64,000 bases of DNA, from assembly GCA_040954595.2 (NCBI GenBank), contig CM082576.2, forward strand, positions 2,144,760-2,208,759. The letters run 5' to 3'. Origin of the DNA: Balanoglossus misakiensis. Its lineage: Eukaryota; Animalia; Hemichordata. The position numbers and the translations under genes are program-made. Shown in pieces: positions 11,894 to 28,700 of this stretch (its first letter is position 1; each line of letters opens with the position of its first letter). The notes under the pieces are model-generated. The model was not told the DNA's origin and ran no database searches. It worked only from the letters and a program-made list of their open reading frames with translations.

Positions 11894-13694
11894 TGTGAAG
11901 AAGAAAGTCACGGAAATGATATCAAGAAAAAAAAGGATCACCAATGAGAAAAAAATGACTGAACTGTGACATTGTTGTGTCTGTATATTTTGCAGACATA
12001 TAAATATGTAAAAACTGTGACATATATAAATATGTACAGAAACCCATGAGAACAAAATCGATATTGACTGTACCATTGATGTATATTTCTGTCACTGTTT
12101 TTATGCTATGCTTTTAGTAAAAATGGGAGAAATCACATCAGTGGGAATGTAATTCGCCCTGTGCGGGGCAAAACGTTGAGAAAAAGTGCTTTCCACAAAC
12201 ATGTAAGAGAACCAAAGTGCTTCATGTGAATATATTTTGCCAAGCATGTATATGTGTTTGTGTCCTTGGAATGTGAAATGCCACGTCTGAAAAGAGAGCA
12301 CATTTTACGGTGACTGTTTGGAGATTAAAAGCCTGGCCATGTGGAAGCACCCATGTAGTGCTATCGGAACAAGGTCAGATGTTTTTTTTTCTTTTATTTG
12401 AAAAAATAAATATTTGATGGTGCCATTGAATCCTTGCGAGGGTTTTAAGGAATACAACTCAGACTTGCGTCTTACCCTTGCATGAATTTTAAAAATTCAC
12501 CGGATTTGACTAGAATGCCTTTTTTTCCTCACGAAAAAATGGCATTTGATTTACATGTCTTTTGTGTCCCATGAAGTGAGAAAAAGTGCTTACCGAGAAA
12601 GTGGAGATGGATACTTATTTATTTTAATGGTTTTAGTGATGTAGGGAATGTTGCTCAATTTTAATATCCCAGTTTTACTGTTGTTTTAGGTTCTAGCAAT
12701 AATTTTTGACCCAACTGCCAGTGGAGCGCATAGAATCATGAAATCCAGATATCTGGATAAAATCCTTGTGATTTGAATGCAGCTTTGAATAATTATGGAC
12801 GGTGCAGAATATACTGTTTTTCCTGTTTGCCCTCAATATATATGTACCTTTCCTACTCAACCCTTTTTTTAGTTCATTTGCTTTTATGTATATAAAAACG
12901 ATACTGTGGATAATATATGTACTGTTTTTACCCGGAAATGTGTATTTTTCAAATTGTACAGATGTTTTGCTTCTGTCTTGAAAGGAAGGTTGGGAAAAAC
13001 CCAGCCATAAATAAAGTGAAACTTCCAAAAGCAGTAATATACTTTCGTATGTGTATGACTGTTCCCTGTCGAGTCAAGGCTTTCCTGACTGTCTTCACAT
13101 CCATGTAAAGGTGACATAAGAAAACCACCTGGAAACTGAAGGGAAAATCCACATGGCTGTTAAACTAAACCAGCTACTGCCCCAACTGTTTTGAAGATGG
13201 AATTCACAAGAGTTCGCCTATTAATCTAGGAGTGGCTGCTCCACTCTCTGCTTCAACCAGTTTTTGTTCCTTGATATAGAAGAAAATCTATGGGGACCAA
13301 AAAGATCAGTATATTTCGCCAGAGATGGCGCTATCATCCATTCACTATTAGGAATTCAACAAGCAACTGAGCATCAAATTATGATATCCCACAAAACACC
13401 ATGTTAGCATTGAATTTTTTTATTTCCATAAAGCAAAAATAACAGCTATACTTGGGGTTAATTTATAATTTTCAATGTTTGGTGTCCAAACATAAGCAAT
13501 AAACAAGCTACACATCTCAATACCTCAAGATTACCTGGAGTATCATTATTTCAATTATCACAACAGAGACTGCTTTGGGCTGGATTAAATAAAGTGATAT
13601 TGTACCATTACATTTTCATTCCACACACCATTTGGTCAATGAGCCTAAATGCATCATCACTGAGAAATGATCTTTTATGAAAATCTTGAATGTT

Positions 13695-14771
13695 TTATGA
13701 TGTGGAGTGCAATTTGGAGACATCATCTGATGACTTGTGAGGCCACCATTCTGGTATTGATGCAGTAAGTTCACAAGTACTACCATTATCTGTGGCCACC
13801 TGAAGAACATTGTTACTTAGAGCCATCCTTATAAGAGCAAGTCCATAGATTCCCAAACGGTTCCGGAATTTCCCAGCGTTCTTCCCATCGGCAGTTTTGA
13901 CAGTTTGCCCACCACTGATGATGCAGTCTCCATGATCACCGATCAATTTGACTGGCATGAGCCTCTTTCTGATGACACCGGTGTGGTAAGTCCTTGCCGT
14001 GAGCTCCTGGCCTAAATAACAACCTTTACGGAAACTGACCCCATTCATATAATCCAAGTTGGCCTCCAGAGGGAGAGCGTTCCCCGGTGGTAGATCTTTT
14101 ACTCCTTCGGATATTCCATGTTTGTATCTGTGTGTGTCATAAGTATCCAAAGGCTCCTCTGACATGTCCTTGATCTTGTCTGCTACTGAGGTACCCTTTG
14201 GAACCACAAGCCTTCGACCAAAGGATGGCACTCGTGGATCTGCCACAGAAATTGTGGGATTGCCTACAGAAAGATTTGCATCACTGTCAACATCATACAC
14301 TGCCCATACTTCAAACTCTGAGGAGACGTCTGTGACTTGAACCTTTTTACGCAATTTGTAAATTTTCAAGTGTCTCTGTAACTCCACCACAACATCTTTA
14401 TCACACTCAAGGTAGTACACTGGTGCTGCACTGCCATCGCTTGGCTCAGTTGCATAAATGATTGCATCATAGAGCACCCTCCCTTGCATGTTCAGTAACA
14501 TTGTGTAGATCGCCTTCTCTTTCGCCAGCAGGTCCATGTCGTTTGTGATGAGACCCTGCAGGAGGTTTTCTGAGTCTTTACCACTGATTCTGACCAAGGC
14601 TCTGCTGCTCAGATTCGAGCACTTAGCCACCCCAGAACTGGATGATGAAAACGATGACGCTCGTCTGATACACACTTTATGTTTTGTCACAGCTCGACAC
14701 AGAATGCTGTAATTTCTAGCCAGGTGTCCAAATGAGCACCTGCTGTAGACATACCCGACAATGCCAGACAT
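13695..14771 (-). CDS. IBA57: IBA57 / CAF17 mitochondrial iron-sulfur cluster assembly factor (YgfZ/GcvT-like), uninterrupted CDS, 358 aa
   Basis: YgfZ signature KGCYLGQELTARTYHTGVIRKRL; RALVRISGKDSENLLQGLITND and LLNMQGRVLYD; Arg/Ser-rich N-terminus resembling a mitochondrial presequence. First ATG is at 14771 (the ORF track starts at a GTG at 14885). Confidence 0.96.
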   Translation of the reverse strand: MSGIVGYVYSRCSFGHLARNYSILCRAVTKHKVCIRRASSFSSSSSGVAKCSNLSSRALVRISGKDSENLLQGLITNDMDLLAKEKAIYTMLLNMQGRVLYDAIIYATEPSDGSAAPVYYLECDKDVVVELQRHLKIYKLRKKVQVTDVSSEFEVWAVYDVDSDANLSVGNPTISVADPRVPSFGRRLVVPKGTSVADKIKDMSEEPLDTYDTHRYKHGISEGVKDLPPGNALPLEANLDYMNGVSFRKGCYLGQELTARTYHTGVIRKRLMPVKLIGDHGDCIISGGQTVKTADGKNAGKFRNRLGIYGLALIRMALSNNVLQVATDNGSTCELTASIPEWWPHKSSDDVSKLHSTS

Positions 14772-14929
14772 TGTGGAGCACAAATGTACCTGACAACGCA
14801 AATGTTCTGGAAGGATGTCACCAGTTCCCAGCCAAGCCTTTCTGGGGCCAACAAGTGCAGACGATATAATAGTGCGCCACCACACTGACTTCCTGTCTGG
14901 ACGGACCCAGAATGCAAAGTAATACCAAC
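14772..14929. promoter_or_regulatory. Compact bidirectional promoter between IBA57 and PSMC6
   Basis: Divergent ATGs 158 bp apart; ETS-type ACTTCCTGT (14888-14896), TATAAT (14865-14870), YY1-type AACATGGCGGC overlapping the PSMC6 start codon. Confidence 0.7.
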
Positions 14930-18397
<3,468 letters not shown>

Positions 18398-21300
18398 ACC
18401 TTGGAGCATTCTATACATAGGATGTTTTGGGTGGTCTTTGGAAAAAAGAGGTTCACTCAGAGTGTTACAACAGTAGTGATGTCATTCTTCCCAATTTCAA
18501 CAATATAACATACAACACAGTACACATAGTTCCAATACGGATGACACAAAGGCGCGTTTGGTCTATTTGACCTGCCGAATGTAAAAAGATTTTGTGGTGC
18601 ATTTACACATGACACATGACAACATTTCTCCACAGGTCATTCATACCACACATTAAAAAATACAATGAACAAAAACGGGATATGCACTGCAGAGAAAGTT
18701 ACTTGTGGGCACGGTGCAAACTCAGTTCTGCGGTAGGGTAAAGCGCGTTTCCATTCAAAGGTGGTGCGTCTCATCAACCATTGAACTGAAAAAAACCCTA
18801 AAACTATGTTACAGGTGCATAATAATAATGGGTTATGCACAAAATATGGCCCTGTACGGACAAGGGCTCAATGAGTGGACGTATTGGATGACGCGGACAG
18901 CAAGTCAATTGTGAACAGCGCCCCCATTCACCAGTTTGCCCCCAGGTTATGAAGTTTGTGTCAATGACCGGTTGGGCCTCCCTCAAGACTGACACTCTGG
19001 GATCCATGAACCATCACACTTCTGTAAGGACCTTATCAGTTCCATTACATATTTTTCAAAATCCCTTTGTGGACCTCTTCTGTGTCATTTGTTTTATTGG
19101 TGTTCCATAATTGTAGAAATAAAATCAGCACGGTTTCACCAATTTCTGTCATTTCAAATGATAAATTCATTCCCTACTTTGTGTGTGTGGAAATGGATAC
19201 AGTTTAGTGTTCCTGATTGTCTAGGTCTTGTGCTGATTGTTTTGGTCTTGCTGCATTTCGTTATTGTCTTATAAGTAACAACTCGGCAAAAAGTAGGAAA
19301 TTTTTGTCTGTTTGCCTAGTAAAGTTTGTTGGAAATGACAAAGCTTTACTACTGGTGGTAAGGTTGAAGATATGCATGAAGGACATATATGAATCATCGT
19401 CAACTGGATTAAAGTTCAAGCGACTTGTTTTTAATTTAGGATGTTGACACCAAAGTTTAGTTCTCTGTGAGAGAGATTACAAATGAGCCATGGACTCTAC
19501 CCTTCTGACTCATCTTACTGTTATCTGATGAATTATCCGAACAGCAAACTGCCATAGTGAGACTTTGCTCTGTAATTGCAATGTTGAAAGCTTGTTTCTA
19601 CAGGAAACATGGTCAGTTGATCTGGTGGCATGTCATACTTAGTTTTTGTAAGATTGACCCACAGGCAATGTTCCCCCCCCCCCCCAACAAGTGTCTCTGT
19701 AATTATCTAACAAAGTCTCAATGATGGCCTATAGCTGGCAAAGGTATTCTGCTGATACGTTTGTTGTCAGGGTGATCCATCAGATAAGTGTAAAATTGAT
19801 ATGGTTGTCCCTTTGATGTCACATCAGAGTACACCTGACTCAGTTGACCCTCTTCTGATATTGACAAACACTTGACAGTAACAGGAAGACAAACAAAATC
19901 ATCAAAACATTCCCATCAACAACATTGAATTATGTAGTTGGAGACAGTTGAAACCGGTTGGTTGTGTTGGAGTGTGTGGAAATGTGCATGATGTTTTATA
20001 TCAGAGTATCTGTATACTGTGCCGCCTCTCGCTCACAATGGCGCCCTCTATGGTATAGAACTAATGCCACTTCAAGAAAAATTCAACAAGATCCATATGC
20101 AGTCATTATTTGCTTTTATTTGCCAGAGACATTTTACAAAATTACAAAAAAAGGCAACACAAGTCACAAAGCAAACAATACTAAGTACCTTACTCTCAGA
20201 GAAGGTATGGCCATTGTCAAATGTAGCAACACGTGCAAATCCCATCACCAGTGTAGCCACATGTATCTGTTTATTTATGAAAACATCAAGAAGCACTACC
20301 AAAATATTTATGGCAGTGTTTGTTGTGCCGTTGCCACAGAAACACCACTTTTATTATATCAAGTCCCTTTGTGATGAGTGCCGTTTTGTTTGGCAGGTTA
20401 AAACCTGGTCTCTTCTGCTGATGTCCTAAAAATGACGGGTTCATGAAATCTTTTGAAGCATTGCTGTGTGGCCAGGCCTCAATTCCGCAGATTACTCATT
20501 GCAACACAATGTCCATTACAGATAAAAACACAGTCATAATACAAATAATAACATTAACACTAAAGTCTGTTTCCTGTTTGGATGAACTGTCACCTGCACA
20601 GTCACAGACAAAACCCCAAAGGACGCAGAAGATTTCATATTGCTAATCATGATCATCTGCCATGTTTTTTCCCCTAATTCCTTTTTTTCAAATTTTTGAA
20701 ACAGTCCTGATGCAAATCACAGTGAAAGCTTTGAGATCAGAACTGGTGCGCCAAGTGACAGTGTGGAAAGATTGCATATAAATGATCTGGACAGAACTAC
20801 GATTTTTATTGTTCAGACAAATCTTTCTCTGAACTCAGCACAACAGTCACATTACATGTTTGACTTCCAGTTCAAATTGAACAGGTTTTACTAGTATTAG
20901 CAAGGCACATTGAAAAGTGAAATGCATACAAGTCTAAAAAATAAAGTCCAGGCACTTGGTGTTAAATGCAAACTTTATACATACCACATGTACACACATA
21001 GGATACATGTACTATATTGGAGGTTTTGATTTGGTGAATATTTTGACCAAAAGTCAAGCACTCTTGTCACATTTGTGGCTGTCCATGAAGTTTAATCCCA
21101 TTTTCTCACATCCAAATATAGTTAGTTTGCTTATTACACAACTACAGTACATTTTTCAAATAAAAACCTCATCAATCGACAGAGAAGTATACTTGAGTAT
21201 GCAATTCTTACATGTACTGCTTCTGATATAATTTGAATTGACTGCATTTGCCAAAAAAGAATATTCAGTTCTTTGTTGGGACGCAACTGATTGTCCTTTC

Positions 21301-22772
21301 TGAGCTGTGAATGACCACGAAAGTTTATTGCATCCAAGCATTGGATCTTGTATCCAGAACAACAAAAAGGACAACACTGTAAAATCTAGTAAAATGGCAA
21401 TTGCCATGATTTGGCATCAAACTTGGTGGGCAAAATCTTTCTAAATTCAGGACACAACATCTAAAATTCCCAAATAATAGTGAATTCCTTATAAGAATTC
21501 TTATTCAGTATGTGCAATATTTATCATGATTGTCTTTTATGTCTTGGATAAATCTCACTGAATGCTGTACACACATTTTTTTGGGGGGTCAAAACCTGGG
21601 CAGCCACTGTCCAAAGCCAAGAGTTTGGCGATTTTAGACCAGTATATCTCTCACACAAATAAACTTTAAACAGGAAAAAAGTGGTGTCCATTCTCGACTT
21701 GACTTGTATTTCAAATTCTGATTATCATGACAGAACAGACTGTCCACACAAGACAGCGCGATGAAATCTGCAGACAGGAGATGATTAGCATTCCAAAGAA
21801 ATGGCAGCACCACAAGAAACTATTACAGTTGCATAGATAGAAAAAGACAATATGCAAATAATGAAAAGAGGTCATCTTGATTATCCTCTGGATGTAAGAT
21901 TGTCACTAGATACAATTGTAAGTTTTTTCTTGATTGTTTTTGTTTATAAATCAAGGCAACAGTTAAATTATAAATCTTAATGTGGAATGTTTTTTTGTCA
22001 TGAGTAGAAGCTTAGTTGCCACCTAGGTAAAAGTTGAATGAGGCATATAATATATTGGAAGGTTTGACCTCTGGCCTCGATGACTCATTGTCATGTGACA
22101 TGACCAGAATGCTTTGCAATAATTACCTCAGATACTGTAAGACACAACACCACTTGAAAAGCTAAAAAATACTGCCAGTCAAATTGCATAATATACAGCT
22201 TTGAGAGGATACACCTGGTATTTACATCATATAAAAAAGTCGCGGCATTTGACAAACAAGTTTCAAATTACAAAGAAACAGATGGCAACTCTGCTTTGGA
22301 ACTGTTAAAATTTCAAAAAATTATACCAAAAAAATACTGTGTGTAGACTTTCAAGCAAAGGTAATTATTTCGAAAAGTCCCACAGTAAGATTTAGTTCCA
22401 TGATGTTCTTCATTTCTTGACTGCACTTTTCCTTATGAACAAAAAAATGTCATTTTCCACAAAGATTGTCCTCTTCGGTCGTAGGTCACCAAGACAACGA
22501 TTATCAATGTTTAAGTTCAAGGTCTTGAATTACATCATGGATGGATTTGTATTTTCCCACACAGTAAGATCACACAATCACACATCGTGCACAACGACAG
22601 ACAGAGAATATTATGCAGCTCTGTCTATGACACAGCGCTTCTTTGGTTTGAAAATGTTCAAAGAACTCCGATGATGTCCCACTTGCAAAGTTTGTTAAGA
22701 TTTGTCGAGGGGTGTCCCGATTGCCATGTATTAGGGTACCCCCCAAATGGGAACAGCACCGGGAGAGCGCTA

Positions 22773-25700
22773 TCAGAGCTCCGCTAAGCCAAAGTTGCAC
22801 CGACATGTTGCCATACTGCTGACTGTAGTCCACTTATCAGTTACGGGATCAAAACATTCTGCTACGTTCAGGTACGACGACCCAGAGTGACCTCCGACTG
22901 CGTAAAGCTTGTGGTCCACCACAGCCACACAAAGTCCTGCAAAATAAAAATATGCAATTCTTTTGTAAATGATTCAGTACTTTGATCTGCAAGTTGCAAC
23001 TTTGCATCAAAATATTCCCTTCTCTGAAAAGATCTCGTCTTTTGTCAGTTTATAGATATTATTAATCACCTTCAAAGTATCAGTATATGACATAAAATAT
23101 TAGCTTGTCCCAGTCATGAAGATACTGACATCAAATGCACTCATAAATAAAGTGTTGCCTATTTTTAGAATTCTCTAATAAACACCAATTCAGAACAGAT
23201 GACCTGATAACAGCTGAAAAGTTTATCACAGCCTTCTGACAGGTTTTTCCAATGTTGGCTGACACCAGTTTCAAACATCACATTCTCAATGTCAAATTTA
23301 ACCCTTTAACCACCATGGTTTGACCCAAATCCATTGTTGTCTTTTAAAGTTGGACCTCTACAGAGGGAAAAGGGGGATGAAAGGGTTAAAGCACAACAAA
23401 TCCAAGGCTCAGAGCTCCCACACATAAAAAAGGGAAAGCTGGTCTCACCTGTCCTGGGTTTGTCCATGGGCGTCACTGACGTCCACTCATTTCGATGAGG
23501 ATCGTATCTCTCCACGCTGCTGAGATGCGAGACTCCATTATGGCCGCCAACCACATACAGAAACCCGTGAACCACACCAATGCCAAAATTAATCCTCTTA
23601 TCCGACATCGGGGCCACCATTTCCCAGCTATCCTGGCTGGGATCATAACGCTCCACGCTGTGGGGGGGATGATGATAGATGAAGATGTTTGTTAGAGGAT
23701 CATTAAAAACTGTGTGATATCAAATTTGAAGTGCCGGAAAGGACGTGAGTGAGCCATATGGCAGAGGAGGTGAATGACCACACAACATGACTTCCTCAGA
23801 ATCATGCAAGGAATGTTACATTGACCATGTTATAACCTTCCTTGGGGTTATTCCAGCACACAAGTATTCCGCCATCGCTCTCAATTGTACCATTTTGACA
23901 TTTCCATTTCAAGTTGTCAATTTCGGCCAATGTGATCAAATGAGTATGCTGTAATTTGAACATGTGCCATTTGCACAAAATCTGGAGCATGTTGTAATTT
24001 TAATGTGTACTGAAATCACGTCGACACATTAGCACAACACGCAAAACATCAAATAATAGCCGAAATAAATGATAACGACACGCGATGAAAAGGTTCATAA
24101 ACTGAAAGCTGAAACCTGATTAAAAATGTTATGTGGGTGCAGTGTGTGCAGCCACACATTATGCCGTATATCACACAAGATTGAAAGGGACCAACTGTGC
24201 AAATGGAGAATTTCATATTATCCATGCCAACATAACGAAAGGCTGTTCATTTCCATAAGCTATCAAAACCTGTAACTTACTGCAAAACACTTTATTTTAT
24301 AATCTGATTTATTTATATCATCTGAAATCAGAATGGCTTGAAATTCATGATCCAATCATGGGGGTTCATGGATAGGTCAGCCAAATACTGTAGTTGATGT
24401 ATTACGTAAAACAAAATCAGTAAATTCAGCACTGCAGGCACTTGTGTTTCGACCTTCAGTGAAAATGGACTGCTAAACCACAGCAAAATGAATAATGTGT
24501 ACATTAGAATTGTCACATCACCCAAAATGAATCAACAGTGTCAATTAAGTCAACACAACATCGCAGTCTTCTCTTTTTTTTTAAATGCAGCACCAATTTT
24601 TATAACATAATTTACAACCTAATACGTACACGAGCCAACAAATCCTGCACAGATTCAAATAGAGATACGAATTAATTCACACTGCCAGTCTCTGTGTAAT
24701 GCGTTTCTTTATTATTGGTGTCACCACCAATCTGTATCACAGCCACCAGACATCTAAAAATAGCATCTGCACACAATATCATGTACTTCCCGTCTTCAAA
24801 TCGGGAGATGTGACTCGACTTCATAATGAGGCACAGACCTGCAAACTGCATGCATGTCACGCACTGGTCTTTAATCAGTCAACTCATTCACACTTGCCAA
24901 TGCACCAGTTTATGAAACATCTTTTTTGAGATGCTACTGAACACAGTGATTAGCATGTCAATCATTCGGAGACAAAATCTGAATTGGTCAGCCTGTTCCC
25001 AGCAGGACAGACACAGCCCGTCAAAAAAATTACATCTATTCTGAAATGAGTACAGGTAGCTGGTTTGATTGTTGTCGAGTTTTATTAAACAACACCTGGT
25101 TGCTTTATTGCCATTTGTCTCAATGTGGTACTTTTTAATAAAATCTGATTTCCTTTCACTAATCCAGACAGTGTAACAGCAGCTCTTTCGATACATTGTA
25201 AGATTCACAAAATATTATACTGATGCAAGGGTTTTTTTGGGGATAAAAAGTCAAAAGAACAAGAATGTGTACATGTACCTGTTCAAATACGTGGGACCGT
25301 ACCCACCAACTGCATATATCATACCATCCAGAACAACAGCTGAAAAACAACTTCGGCTTTTCAGCATTGGAGCTACGAACTTCCACTGGTTGGTCTTGGC
25401 GCAATACTTCTCCACACTCCGCAGATAGGTGTCGCTGTCGTAGCCGCCCATGGCATACAGCTCTCCTTCCAGCACCACGACACTGAGTATACACCGACAT
25501 GTCTGCATGTTGGCCAGAGAAGTCCAGGTGTTGGTGTCAGGGTTCCACCTCTCCACGCTGTTGTTATGGAGACGGAGACTGGACCGCATCCCTCCGACCA
25601 CGTAGAGCTTCCTGTCCAACACGGCACTGCTGCATTCATATCGTGGGCAACTCATCGGTGCAACCTCCGTCCATGTGTCATTCTCGGGGAGATACACTTC

Positions 25701-28700
25701 GACACTGCCAGGAAAAATAATTCAAAATCTTTCAATCATATGATTCTAATTTCAAAATAATAACATCATGCTAAGCAGACACTGGTGGTATTACGTCAAG
25801 GATTTTTAACTGAAACAACACATTTTTTAATGAAGTATTTTTGTTGGCTTATATAGGGCACAATGTGAAACACTGCTTGCTATCTTCTCATGTTCACACA
25901 CACGATTGCTGTCAATCATTTTGGGGTCCATTTCTTTTGGAATTGCAGCTAGAGTACATGCAGTTGGTGTTCAGCTCACTTTACCACATAGCAATGATTT
26001 CCAAATGATTTTGTGCGCAAAACCTAATATATCATGAAGGATTTGTCTATAGCACACAAACATGACACAACTGATAGTTTTCATTTTTGACAACGTAATC
26101 AAGGGAAACTGCTACTGTTATCATCAGAGCCATCTTTAGGGTCCTGGACTCACAGCAAAAATCACACTGACGAGACAACATATTAGATCAAATAGAAAGT
26201 CCCTACTTGTAGAGAAAATGTGAAAAAGCCTCATCAGGTTGATCAGCCCACAAGGTGGGATTATGGCCGATTTTCAATGTCCATAAAACTAGACGATCAT
26301 ATGCCAAATGTCTTTTCAAATAAACCCCCATTTCACTTTTAACATAATTTCTGCCATCATATTATTATGAATCCATGAGTGCATTTCATTCCAGAGAATC
26401 CATTTTTGATTTTTGTTATATATGATAACCATTATATGGGTTGGAGATTTTCTTTCTATAAAAGATTCATGTCATGTGTACTTTAGCAGATCTTACAAGT
26501 ATAAAGTCTATGTCCCTTGTCTGTGGTGACTAATGTCTTCACGTACCTAATCCATGTCAGGAATTTGAACCAAAAAATTAGCAACCCTTGCAATGAGGGC
26601 AGGGTTATGTAACATTATCTCCTCTGTGCTGTGGGGTCAAATTATACGATTGACACTCATAACGCAATCTTTTTCACCACTGTTCACGTTGTGAGATGGT
26701 GTAGGCGTCTTTCATGATATCACTCTTCGCATTTGAAATCTTGCAAAACTGAAATCTGACCCGAGGGTGGGCATCAGTGAGAGTGAGACTGCATAAAGAC
26801 GGTGTACTATTTGGCTCGGCCCACAAGTATCTAAAAATAGTCTTTCTAATCCTCTCCTTGGCATTTGGTTCTATGGTTCGCACGTGTCAACTGCAGGTTA
26901 ACTTTATGGTGCTCATCAGGAAAGGATTACAAAAATTCACCCCTTTCAGCTGAAAAGAACAGTGCCCAAAAGACAAAGTACAACGTGTATCACTCTGTAC
27001 ATTTGGGTGGAAAATACGACAAAAGCAGGGGCCAGGTTTTTTGGATTGCTTCCAGAATTGCTGCCTACGCTTTATCCAGACCAACATTGAAAATAACCGA
27101 GGGACATATTTTTTTCAAAACTATCATCTGACACTTCCCACCAGGGCTTTTCTCCCAATCCCCATCACCATGGAGATCTACAACAAACAAGTCATCAAAG
27201 CTTTGATGTATCCCAACAGTGCACAGGCCAATCAATAGATTTTGTCAAGTAGCCCACGTTTCCATTGTTCCTGGCTGACTCCAAGCCCCCTCTTGAGGGC
27301 GACTAAATTCAGCATCGGTAAAAGCTCACACCGTCTGTTATAATTGCTGCTTCACCTTTGAAGGTCAAAACCAGAAGACATCCTCCACAGAACACAAATA
27401 ATGGATGGGTTTTCATTCATCACAGAGAGATGCAGACAGATCAGATGCACAGTGCAGATGAGTTACTGCACTTTCTGACAGTACAAATGGATTTTTGCTC
27501 AATATGACTGTGTATGGTGATCAGATTTCTAAAATGATACTGCATTATATATAATTGTGTAGCCAACTTCTAAAGAAGACAGAAATATTAGGAAAAATAG
27601 ACAGTTCATCACATGAAGGAATGAAGTAGGACATTTTTTAACCAAAAAAGATCAACGATAAATTAGCACAAGGGGCCGGCTGTTTACAATTTCACTTTCA
27701 AGTAGACTATGACTTGAGAAAAATATTTCAAGTAGGAATTTTAAGTATATGTTCTGAAAAAGTAGCTGGTCAGAAAAGGTCAAAGCAGCCAGTTGCTTAT
27801 GAACACCCCTGCTGTATTCATGATGGTCTTTCTATGACAAGTTGGATTTCGATTCCCCTGTACACCTGTTCTTGGCTTGGAGAAACATTCCAGCAGAACA
27901 TGACAGATCAAACGACGAAATCAGTCACCAACTGTGGTAGCCATTTACATGCACTATATTAATGAAATCTCGGCCATCCAATGAACACCTGTCGTGCAAC
28001 GGTGCAACTTTGAAATGATAAGTGTGTATACCCCTGGCAGGGCTGTGCAAATCTTGCAAGCTCCATGCAAGACCCAGGAAACTGATAATCCACACACCCT
28101 GGGCAGGTTTCCCAGATTACCGATCTGTCAACCAGAAATGGACGACATATTAAAAAAACCCATGCTAATGGAAGCTATGACAGGATGATGCATCGCTTGT
28201 ACACTATATTTAGAAAGTGTGTAATGAAAAGTAGGAGAGAGTTCAGCGACTGGCTGCAATCTCCTGACATTGGAATGACATTTGTGCAAGCGCCAACATC
28301 ATCAATCACTTGGCTTGAGCAAATTGTCAACATATTTCCAATGAACCTGGAGACTTTAGCCAACCAACTAATTTGACATGTAAGAATGCACTGGGCAACA
28401 ACTGGCTATCAGTTAGGCCACAGTCTATCCCTCATGGGGGGGGGGGGGGAGGGGAGGGGTAACTTGTCTATTTGATTAGGACAAGATCAAACCTAGTTCC
28501 ACATCATAGCAAACTGCATAGTAATGGCTGTCGGATCACACACAGAAGGCAATGCTTTTCTGAATGATCAAGTAGATTTTCAATTTAAATTTAGCATAAC
28601 ACAGAATATCACAACAAACAGAGGATGAATGGGCAGGGGTGTGGCGGCCAGATTTTAAGGACAAACTCCAAAACAACAAAAGCCAACCTATTGTCCTAGT

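Noticed and set aside
14772-14885. Longer 396-aa IBA57 ORF starting at GTG 14885
   Set aside because: Non-ATG start lying in the shared promoter; ATG 14771 gives a normal length and a presequence-like N-terminus.
18530-19010. Locally CpG-richer segment after the PSMC6 stop that might be an insertion
   Set aside because: No convincing TIR, TSD or coding remnant found.
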